The notes under the pieces: model-generated | What the model was told of the DNA's origin: nothing | Database searches by the model: none | What the model saw: the letters and a program-made list of their open reading frames with translations, nothing else | Assembly (NCBI GenBank): GCA_009783135.1 | Contig: WRHS01000001.1 | Coordinates: 1-45,360 of the forward strand | Reading direction: 5' to 3' | DNA: 45,360 bases | From: Dehalococcoidia bacterium | GTDB lineage: Bacteria > Chloroflexota > Dehalococcoidia > Dehalococcoidales > UBA1222 | Position numbers and translations under genes: made by a program | Shown here: positions 21,318 through 29,463 of the stretch, piece by piece | Layout of the letters: each line of letters begins with the position of its first letter | Numbering within the stretch: position 1 is the stretch's first letter

Positions 21318-22733
21318 ATGACGAAACAAGAACAACCTTTAGAGCAAATACAACCGGAACTGTCGGCAGAACAGCATGCAGTGTTGCCTTTGGAGCCGAC
21401 GGAGGGCAATATTCCTCCTGTTCGTACTGAGGTGTTGGCGGCTGAGGTAAAACCCAAGCCTATTGACATGAAGCTTCTGGAGGAGAAGAGCCGCGAAGAA
21501 CTGCTTGACATGGCGAAGGAAACAGGAATATCCGGCGTTACCGGTCTTAAAAAGCAGGAAATAGTTATGCGGCTGTTGCAGGCCTCGGCCAAGATGCAGG
21601 GTAATGTGTTCTGCTCGGGCGTGCTGGATATCATGCCGGATGGATACGGCTTTTTGCGTCAGGAAACTTTGCTTCCGAGTCCATCGGACGTGTATGTGTC
21701 GCAGTCGCAGATACGCCGTTTCAGTCTGCGTACAGGCGACTCAGTGGTTGGACAGGGCCGTCCGGCTAAAGCCGGCGAGAAATACTACAGTCTGTTGCGC
21801 GTGGAGGCTATCAATGATGTCAACCCCGAAATGGCGCGCAGACGCCCCAACTTCAGTTCTCTTACGCCCACTTTCCCCAATAAGCTTATCAATTTGGAAA
21901 CACGGCCGGATTTGCTGGCAACGCGTCTGATTAATCTGGTGGCTCCTATCGGACGCGGACAACGCGGTCTGATTGTGGCACCTCCCAAGGCCGGCAAGAC
22001 CATGCTGTTGAAAGCTATTGCCAATGCTGTCGCGGCGAATTACAGCGATATTAGCATTATTGTTTGTCTAATTGGCGAGCGCCCTGAAGAGGTTACGGAT
22101 ATGAGGCGCTCTGTCAAAGGAGAGGTTATTGCCGCCACATTTGATGAGGCGGTGGAGAATCAGACACGTGTGGCGGAGTTGGCACTTGAGAAGGCCAAGC
22201 GCATGGTGGAATGCGGCAAGGATGTATTTATTCTGCTGGATGGCATCACGCGTCTTACGCGTGCTTATAATCTGGCTATGCCGCCGTCGGGGCGCACGCT
22301 TTCCGGCGGTATTGACCCTGTGGCGCTGCATCCGGGCAAGAAGTTCTTCGGTGCCGCGCGCAATATTGAAGAGGGTGGTTCACTTACCATCATTGCCACA
22401 TGCCTTGTGGAAACGGGCTCACGTATGGATGATCTGATCTACGAAGAGTTCAAGGGTACAGGTAATATGGAGTTGCATCTTGACCGTCGTTTGGCGGAGA
22501 GAGGTGTATTTCCTTCGGTGGATATTGCTCACTCCAGTACGCGCCGCGATGATTTGCTGCTGGCGGAGACCACGACGAAGCAGATTAAGCTTTTGCGCCG
22601 TATGGTGGCCATGATTGCGTCGGACAGCCCAACGGGGAACTCAATGGATATTACGGAGCGCGTGCTGGATCACCTGCGCAAAACGCGCGTCAACACAGAT
22701 TTTCTGGCAAGCTTGGGCAAGGAAAGACTGTAA
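21318..22733 (+). CDS. rho: Transcription termination factor Rho, with an N-terminal extension of about 50 aa
   Basis: It has a Rho_N-like segment (LLDMAKETGISGVTGLKKQEIVMRLL), a cold-shock-like RNA-binding domain and Walker A site APPKAGKT. At 471 aa it is longer than my recollection of about 419 aa for E. coli Rho. Confidence 0.97.
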   Translation: MTKQEQPLEQIQPELSAEQHAVLPLEPTEGNIPPVRTEVLAAEVKPKPIDMKLLEEKSREELLDMAKETGISGVTGLKKQEIVMRLLQASAKMQGNVFCSGVLDIMPDGYGFLRQETLLPSPSDVYVSQSQIRRFSLRTGDSVVGQGRPAKAGEKYYSLLRVEAINDVNPEMARRRPNFSSLTPTFPNKLINLETRPDLLATRLINLVAPIGRGQRGLIVAPPKAGKTMLLKAIANAVAANYSDISIIVCLIGERPEEVTDMRRSVKGEVIAATFDEAVENQTRVAELALEKAKRMVECGKDVFILLDGITRLTRAYNLAMPPSGRTLSGGIDPVALHPGKKFFGAARNIEEGGSLTIIATCLVETGSRMDDLIYEEFKGTGNMELHLDRRLAERGVFPSVDIAHSSTRRDDLLLAETTTKQIKLLRRMVAMIASDSPTGNSMDITERVLDHLRKTRVNTDFLASLGKERL

Positions 22734-22846
22734 GGTAAGCCCCGTGCATGCGGTGTATGGGGGATATTTCTGCCATTGAGTCGGGTGTTTGCGGTGTGTC
22801 CTTATCAAAATCGCAAAAAAAATGCAAAAAATAGTCTTTTGGGCTA

Positions 22847-22874
22847 TTGACATATTGACAGAACGTGGTATCAT
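22847..22874 (+). promoter_or_regulatory. Strong sigma70-type promoter with extended -10 for the S-layer-like gene
   Basis: TTGACA (22847-22852), 16-nt spacer, TGgTATCAT (-10 at 22869-22874). This implies a 5' UTR of about 175 nt. Confidence 0.55.
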
Positions 22875-23056
22875 GTAGCATTGAAACCTGTATAAGAGGG
22901 GGTGGTACGTTTGCATATACCCGCAAGGGAGAGCGTGAAAAACGCGCAAAAAAGACTTTGACTTTAGTCGTCTTTAAGGCAGAGTCAAGGTAGAGTCTTA
23001 AAGACGGTATTCATAACAAAACTATATAGAATTATTCAAGGAGAAATTAAAAGTCG

Positions 23057-26000
23057 ATGAAAAGCAAAGTTGCTAAAATTTTGGGTGTTGTCCTGACAAC
23101 TCTTATGCTTGTCGGCGTCATCCCGTTTGCTGCGCCTGTTATGGCAGGTACGCAGGAGTGGACCGATTGGGGAAAGGTACAACTCCCCTCGGAAGATAAT
23201 CTCATTCTTGCCCCGAATTTGATTCAGGGTGGTCCCCTTGCCCAATCCAGTATAGATGGCAGGATTTATGCCTTTGCCAAGTTTGATGATGGTGCCGGCG
23301 GCAATCCGGAATATGCCATTATCGTATCCAGTAATCATGGCAGTACTTGGACTCGCATTGATACCAGAGTCAGAGAAAGTTCATCAGTTGATTATGTTGA
23401 TTTGAATGAAGACATAATCGAAATAGTCTGCTCCCCCGTTTATGCGAACTCTCTCTTCATTATTACGTCTAAAGCGTTCTATCGCTCAACTGATAGCGGC
23501 GTGAGTTTTACCAAAATCATTGATGTTGATCAGTATGGCAATGCGTTACTTTCTCTTGATATCGGCGTAAATAAAGGCACGCAGTACGCACTGCTTGGCG
23601 TTAATTCAGCTTCCGGTCCCGCCACTGGGTTGAAGGATGGCGTGTATTATTGGTCTGAGACCGATACGTCCAACAATTTGGTTGTATACGGAAGTGCTCC
23701 TTTTGGTGCTTATGACATCTTAGCGGTTAAGGTGGCTCCTACTTTTGGTTCCAACTTCGCAGTGGTTGCCGTTGGTAAAAATGCAGCGGATGGCATCGTT
23801 GTTCAATCGTCCGGTAAGGATAGCACGTGGGGTCTAAACACGACTTTATCAGTGCCTAGTTCCGTAGCTGCGGATATTGCTTTCCCGTCGGATTACAACC
23901 CCGGTGTAGACCTTGGCGGCGGTGTTATGGATTTCAGTGATACGAACTTTGTGTTCTGTATCGCAGGCCAGAATGCCGCATCCGGTATTTACCGCATCGT
24001 GGAGAGCACGACCTGTGATAAAATCCTCGCACAAGGTGCTTCCTCAGCTGATAATCAGGTTTGGAACAATCTTTCCATGGTTGGTAACTGGTCGTCCGGC
24101 GTTCTTTTGGCCGGCGGCAGTAATGGAAAAGTAACAAGAGGCATCAGACTTGGCGGTGATTTGGGGACAGCTGGGACAACTGCCAGCAGAGTGAGCTTTA
24201 CTGATCAGACTCTGCCCGATTATGTTACAACTGCAACCTCTTGGGTTTTGTTTGACCGCGGGTATCTCTCTGATGTCGGCGGCGGCAAGGATATATCCTA
24301 TGTTCTTAACGTCGGTGGTTTCGGCGGTGGTTTCAGCGTAGGCAAGGGCACGACTTACGTTCAGCGCAGCCTCATTAACGACGTCATCAACTTTATCTTT
24401 GATTTGGCTATCGCCAACAAAGATAGCGGCGACGACATATTCGTAATAACCACTGATGCTACAGATGGTTTATGGACTGGTATTACTCATGCCAGCATGT
24501 GGCGTTTCTTGGCGAGCGAGGGTGCTTGGGAACGCATTGATGTAAATGATGCTAGTGGTATAATTTACGACAGACTTGCCCTGTCACCCAACTATGCCAC
24601 AGACAACACTATTTTCCGCTTTGCCTGGGCAGAAACTGGTGTTGCAACTGGTCTCGGCAATGCTGTTCTTCAGCGTTCGACCACCAATGGTATGGCGTTT
24701 GAAAATGTCACTGGTGCTGGTTCCGGTACCAATGGCATGGACTCTGTTTCAGCGATATTGCCTTTGGGCAACAATGGTGTTGTTGTGGCCGGTACACTCA
24801 CTCCTAGTGCCGGTGGTGGCTACGGCATTGTTACATGGACTAGGTCAGGCACTTCTTGGTCAGCCGGATCACCGTCAACGAAGACTAGTACCAACTTCCG
24901 CGTAACTGACCTTGCGTCCTACCTAAATGATGACAACACGGTTAATACTGTCTTCGCCGTAGGCGTTACCTCAAACACTGTCATTGCTTGGAAATCAGCA
25001 GACCGCGGTGTTGAGTGGACTGAGTTTGACACTCCAATATCAGTTACCACAGGGACTCTCTATGATGCAGTGATTACTCCTGCCGCTGATTATGGCGACA
25101 CTGGCAACGTCTTTGTTGGTGTAAACGCTAGCAACAGTGGCGCAACCACGGGCGCTGGTATCTATCGCTATGCTGACAAGGCTGGCGGAAAGACATGGAG
25201 CAAGGTCGGATTTACCGGCGGCGTTAGCACAACTTCATGGATTCGCGATGTTGTCGCTGCCCCCGGTAATGGTAATGTTTATGAGGGCACCGGTTTGGTG
25301 TATGCCATAGGTGCCAACACATACCGCGTTCGCGGTATTCTGAACACTACCGAGGCAATCACTCCCAATGAGCCAACTCTTCTGAGTAGAGATCCAGGCA
25401 GATACAGCAGAATTCTTGCTGTTCCTGCTACATCGGGCAACGTTGTACTCTACTCGAACATCGGCGTTGAAATCTGGACTTATACTGACACTCTTGGTCG
25501 CAACGGCGACGGACTGACGGTTGATCCTAATAGCGTTATAACAAACTCCAATATCGGTAAGGCTTCTGCCACCATTAGATGGAACCTGTTGCCGAATGCT
25601 ACAGAATATACTGTCAAGATAAGCCCTGTTAAGCAGACTAATCTGCTCACAAACATTGGTTCTGACTGGATTGTTGAGACGGTACCTGGCGACACGAATT
25701 ACCTTGACATTCAAAATAAATTAACGCCTGATACAGTTTACTATGTAACAGTCTGGGCCAGCAGCCCTGTTTCCAGTTTTATGTTCAATACTGCGACCGC
25801 CAGCACTGATCCTACCGTGCTTGTGTTTACTACCAATCCTACGGCTGTGGTACACATTTACGATTTGACTCCTGTAAGCGGCGCGACAATTGATCAACAG
25901 AGACCTATCTTCTCATGGAGAGACGATTCTATTAATAAGATCGGCAGAACCTATACGTTGCAGGTTTCCACGACCCGCGATTTCACCTCCAGCACCACCA

Positions 26001-26404
26001 CCTCACTTACGGTTCCTGCTAATCTGAATAGTCTTGAGGTCACTCAGATTTGGCCATCCAATCTAAACGACGGTGGTTATTACTACTGGCGCGTAGCCAT
26101 TGATGGACCTACTGAGAAAGAGTGGAGAGGCGAGTATGGTTTCCTCATCAGATTGCCTCTGGCTCCGGTTACTGTAACTCAGGTTGCACCTCCTGCCATC
26201 ACTTTACAGGTTCCCCCGATGGTAACCGTTACCCAGAATCCTGTACCTGTTGTTACAGCTGACGTTAACGTTAAAGATCAGAATATCGTTGTCACCATGC
26301 CTTCCCAGAGCACCCCTGTTTATATCTGGGTCATCGTTGGTGTCGGTGCGCTTCTGACTTTGGCGGTCATCATTCTCATCATCCGCACTCGCAGAGTGGT
26401 CTAG
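23057..26404 (+). CDS. Large secreted BNR/Asp-box beta-propeller plus Fn3-like surface protein with a C-terminal TM anchor (S-layer-like)
   Basis: 1115 aa. The signal peptide is MKSKVAKILGVVLTTLMLVGVIPFAAPVMA|GT. Asp-box-like repeats include SSNHGSTWTRI, STDSGVSFTKI, STTNGMAFENV and SADRGVEWTEF. Fn3-like modules include ATIRWNLLPNATEYTVKISP...YYVTVWA and PIFSWRD...YTLQVSTTRDFTS...YYYWRVA. A Pro/Val/Thr-rich stalk is followed by the TM helix VYIWVIVGVGALLTLAVIILII and then RTRRVV. Confidence 0.85.
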   Translation: MKSKVAKILGVVLTTLMLVGVIPFAAPVMAGTQEWTDWGKVQLPSEDNLILAPNLIQGGPLAQSSIDGRIYAFAKFDDGAGGNPEYAIIVSSNHGSTWTRIDTRVRESSSVDYVDLNEDIIEIVCSPVYANSLFIITSKAFYRSTDSGVSFTKIIDVDQYGNALLSLDIGVNKGTQYALLGVNSASGPATGLKDGVYYWSETDTSNNLVVYGSAPFGAYDILAVKVAPTFGSNFAVVAVGKNAADGIVVQSSGKDSTWGLNTTLSVPSSVAADIAFPSDYNPGVDLGGGVMDFSDTNFVFCIAGQNAASGIYRIVESTTCDKILAQGASSADNQVWNNLSMVGNWSSGVLLAGGSNGKVTRGIRLGGDLGTAGTTASRVSFTDQTLPDYVTTATSWVLFDRGYLSDVGGGKDISYVLNVGGFGGGFSVGKGTTYVQRSLINDVINFIFDLAIANKDSGDDIFVITTDATDGLWTGITHASMWRFLASEGAWERIDVNDASGIIYDRLALSPNYATDNTIFRFAWAETGVATGLGNAVLQRSTTNGMAFENVTGAGSGTNGMDSVSAILPLGNNGVVVAGTLTPSAGGGYGIVTWTRSGTSWSAGSPSTKTSTNFRVTDLASYLNDDNTVNTVFAVGVTSNTVIAWKSADRGVEWTEFDTPISVTTGTLYDAVITPAADYGDTGNVFVGVNASNSGATTGAGIYRYADKAGGKTWSKVGFTGGVSTTSWIRDVVAAPGNGNVYEGTGLVYAIGANTYRVRGILNTTEAITPNEPTLLSRDPGRYSRILAVPATSGNVVLYSNIGVEIWTYTDTLGRNGDGLTVDPNSVITNSNIGKASATIRWNLLPNATEYTVKISPVKQTNLLTNIGSDWIVETVPGDTNYLDIQNKLTPDTVYYVTVWASSPVSSFMFNTATASTDPTVLVFTTNPTAVVHIYDLTPVSGATIDQQRPIFSWRDDSINKIGRTYTLQVSTTRDFTSSTTTSLTVPANLNSLEVTQIWPSNLNDGGYYYWRVAIDGPTEKEWRGEYGFLIRLPLAPVTVTQVAPPAITLQVPPMVTVTQNPVPVVTADVNVKDQNIVVTMPSQSTPVYIWVIVGVGALLTLAVIILIIRTRRVV

Positions 26405-26437
26405 TCCACTTTAGCAGAGGTGGTTAAAAAGCCTTAA

Positions 26438-26467
26438 AAGAGGGGCTCCCGTCAGGGAGCCCCTCTT
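26438..26467. terminator. 13-bp GC-rich hairpin between the S-layer-like gene and the MBL gene
   Basis: AAGAGGGGCTCCC-GTCA-GGGAGCCCCTCTT, 34 nt after the stop at 26404. The U-tract (TTTT) is present only when read on the minus strand. Confidence 0.65.
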
Positions 26468-26712
26468 GCATGTAGCGTGTGGCAAATGATGTTTATGCGG
26501 ATTGTGCTGGAGGATTATGCGAATGGTTTGTTGTTTGCTGAGGTGGTCCCTGTGAGGCTGTTTGCTGTTATTTCAGGCGGCACTCGTTGTGAAACGTTCC
26601 GGAAGATTGAACTGCTGGGAAAATGCATGCCCTGCGGCGTGTGATTGAGAGAATTATTGTTCTAATTCGCGGCAGGATAGATGACCCGCGCAGAAGTATG
26701 GATAGACTCCAT

Positions 26713-27357
26713 TTATTTGACCGGTTGCAATTCCAGCAGCGTAACCTGAGTGGTCGGTGGCAGATTGTTTTTATTGATGCTCAGCTTGGGTTTGGTGGAT
26801 GTGTCGGAAACACCCATTTCCTTAAGAAAAACCTCAATCGGCTCAAGGGTATCCTGAAAGAGGGATGCCTTGTAATGCATGGGCAGCACAATCTTAGGCT
26901 CTATTTGGCGTACGATGGATGAGGCTGCTGTGGCGTTGATGGTGCTGCCGCCACCTACAGGAATCATAAGAATATCAACCTTGCCGATTTCCTCAATCTG
27001 ACTGGCTGTCAAGGAATAGCCTAGGTCTCCTAGGTGGCAGATGGACATCTCCTCTGTTTCAAAGACGAAAATGGTGTTCTTGCCTCTTTCGCTGCCACGG
27101 GATGTGTCGTGGAAACTTGCCAGACCGATAATCAATACACCTGAAACCTCGTACTCACCCGGTCGGCATAATACGTGAGGGCTGTCACAAACTCCGGCGG
27201 TGTAGTTATGTCCGTTATGGTCGTGGCTCACGGTCACAATATCGGCGTTCAACTTGCCAAGGGAATAGCCTTTGCCCGGCGATACCGGGTCTGTGACGAC
27301 GCAGGCTTGCTTGCCGCGAATTCTAAAACATGAATGCCCCAGCCAACTTATTTCCAT
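26713..27357 (-). CDS. MBL-fold metal-dependent hydrolase (UPF0173-like)
   Basis: Starts MEISWLGHSCFRI and contains VTVSHDHNGHNY (HxHxDH-like). I placed the start at the internal Met, as in family members. Confidence 0.85.
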   Translation of the reverse strand: MEISWLGHSCFRIRGKQACVVTDPVSPGKGYSLGKLNADIVTVSHDHNGHNYTAGVCDSPHVLCRPGEYEVSGVLIIGLASFHDTSRGSERGKNTIFVFETEEMSICHLGDLGYSLTASQIEEIGKVDILMIPVGGGSTINATAASSIVRQIEPKIVLPMHYKASLFQDTLEPIEVFLKEMGVSDTSTKPKLSINKNNLPPTTQVTLLELQPVK

Positions 27358-27657
27358 GATTTTGCATTGTAGCATGTGTGATGTGATTGGGTCAAAAATA
27401 TTTGATTGTCTCGGCTAAATGACGTGAGTAGCTGCAGTGAGATTTGAGTCTTCCCGTGTAGCACTGCCATGCCTTGTGTTATGATATGCCTGTTATGTAT
27501 TGCTCTGCACAAGCTGGTATGCATGAGGACTCAAATTTGTTGCATTTGGCGCCAAGCCATACAAACGCTGAAGATATTTTTTTTCTTTGCAGATTGATAC
27601 TCAGGCACCAAAGAAAGAACTTTATTCTGGTATCCGGCGGACTGTCTCGCCGGATAC

Positions 27658-28551
27658 GTGAGTTGGAGTATAGTGCCTAGCATGCCGGATTGTGTGGTAC
27701 CCGCAGAGTCTCTAATGCGGCAGACCAGACGCCTGCTGGGCGTGCTTGATGCCCGTGCCAAAAAAAGCTTGGGGCAGCATTTTCTGGTCGACTCTGGGGT
27801 GTTGCGTAAAATAGTGACGGCTGCTGAGTTGAGTACGCATGATACGGTGGTTGAGGTTGGGCCCGGGTTAGGTGTGTTGACGGGGGAGTTGGCGCGCAAC
27901 GCGGGGAATGTTATTGCTGTAGAACTTGATGACACACTGGCTTTAATGTTGCAAAATGCTTTTTCCGAATGCGACAACGTGCGTGTCTTACACGATGATA
28001 TACTGAAATGCTCCCCATCTGATTTCCTCGCACAGGATGGTGGCTGTTACAAGGTGGTAGCCAACCTGCCGTATTACATCACATCGGCTGTGATACGGCA
28101 TTTTTTGGAGAGCGAGTGTCAGCCTGAGATTATGGTGCTCATGCTACAAAAAGAGGTAGCGCGGGTGATTACTGCCAGGCCGGGTGAGATGAGTCTGCTT
28201 AGTGTGGCGGTGCAGTTGTATGGAGAGCCCCGCTTGGTATGCAGTGTGCCTGCGGGAAGTTTTTATCCCACGCCAAAAGTGGATTCTGCGGTACTTAGAA
28301 TCACTGTTCACAACAAACCTCTAATTTCCCTCTCATCGGTGCCCGGGTTCTTTAGATTGGCACGTGCCGCTTTCTGCGCCAACCGCAAACAACTGCCAAA
28401 CTCACTGGCTCAGGGTCTGAATAAACCGAAGGAAGAACTATTCCCTCTGCTGGAGGCTGCCGGTATTGAACCTCGCCGTCGCGCCGAAACATTGAGCATG
28501 GCAGAATGGGTGCGGCTGTGGAGCGCATTCAATGATAGGGGTGAGTTGTGA
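27658..28551 (+). CDS. rsmA: 16S rRNA (adenine1518/1519-N6)-dimethyltransferase
   Basis: Contains KSLGQHFLVD, SAM motif VVEVGPGLGVLT and NLPYYITS. The start is uncertain: GTG at 27658, ATG at 27682 or ATG at 27715. Confidence 0.92.
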   Translation: MSWSIVPSMPDCVVPAESLMRQTRRLLGVLDARAKKSLGQHFLVDSGVLRKIVTAAELSTHDTVVEVGPGLGVLTGELARNAGNVIAVELDDTLALMLQNAFSECDNVRVLHDDILKCSPSDFLAQDGGCYKVVANLPYYITSAVIRHFLESECQPEIMVLMLQKEVARVITARPGEMSLLSVAVQLYGEPRLVCSVPAGSFYPTPKVDSAVLRITVHNKPLISLSSVPGFFRLARAAFCANRKQLPNSLAQGLNKPKEELFPLLEAAGIEPRRRAETLSMAEWVRLWSAFNDRGEL

Positions 28552-29405
28552 TATCACTGGATGCCTGTGCCAAAGTTAATCTAACGCTGGAAGTACTTGG
28601 TAAGCGAACTGACGGATTTCACGAAATACGCAGTGTGATGCAGGGCGTTAGTTTGTGTGACAGACTGGTTTTTGAAGATGCCGAACACTTGGAGTATCAC
28701 TGCGCGGCGCGTGACTGGGTTGCCCCAAAAAGCCTTGTAAGCCGTGCGGCGCAATTGTTGATGTGCCATACTGGAGTACGTCGTGGAGCCAAAATTACGC
28801 TTGATAAGCGCATACCTTTATCCTCCGGACTGGGAGGTGATTCCAGCGATGCGGTGGCTGTCATGCGTGGGCTGGCGCGATTGTGGGGTGCTGAGGTGTC
28901 AACAAGTGATTTGATAAGTATGTCTGCCAAACTGGGCTCAGACCTGCCGTTTTTCTTTGGTGGCGGCACGGTATTAGCCCAAGGCAGAGGCGACGTTATC
29001 AGACAACTTCCCGACATGCCGCGTGTTTGGCTGGTGTTGCTATTTCCAAATATACCAAGTTTAGCATCGAAAACAGTAGCGATGTATTCCATGCTGCGGT
29101 CCGAGCATTTTACACACGGTGAACTCACGGATGCGCTGACGGGGCGCCTGGCACACGGCGCAGCTATTGCTGCAGGGAATTTATTCAACGTCTTTGAAAA
29201 AGTGGCCTTTACGGCTTTTTCAGGGTTAGAAAGCTGCAGAACAGAGTTTCAGCGTATGTCCGGAGTACCGGTGCATCTTGCGGGTGCCGGACCTACCCTT
29301 TTTGCGCTGTTTGGTGACGAGGCGCAAGCATGTCGCGTACAGCAGTGTCTGCAAGATGCCGGCATGAGTTCCTGTTTGGCGTATACATGCGGTATGGCAG
29401 TGTAA
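28548..29405 (+). CDS. ispE: 4-diphosphocytidyl-2-C-methyl-D-erythritol kinase
   Basis: Contains AKVNLTLEV and GHMP motif PLSSGLGGDSSDA. The GTG start overlaps the rsmA stop (GTGA). Confidence 0.93.
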   Translation: MISLDACAKVNLTLEVLGKRTDGFHEIRSVMQGVSLCDRLVFEDAEHLEYHCAARDWVAPKSLVSRAAQLLMCHTGVRRGAKITLDKRIPLSSGLGGDSSDAVAVMRGLARLWGAEVSTSDLISMSAKLGSDLPFFFGGGTVLAQGRGDVIRQLPDMPRVWLVLLFPNIPSLASKTVAMYSMLRSEHFTHGELTDALTGRLAHGAAIAAGNLFNVFEKVAFTAFSGLESCRTEFQRMSGVPVHLAGAGPTLFALFGDEAQACRVQQCLQDAGMSSCLAYTCGMAV

Positions 29406-29463
29406 GCAAAATTAAAGATACGCTCACAACCGGAGTTATGGTTTTGTGCCTTGATATGTAAAA

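Noticed and set aside
26642-26692. Reading the TGA that ends the 52-codon Cys-rich ORF as selenocysteine.
   Set aside because: Read-through adds only 6 codons. The local hairpins are weak (a 4-bp stem, or 5 bp with a 12-nt loop) and badly spaced for a SECIS. The ORF has no RBS, and there is no CxxU or UxxC redox motif.
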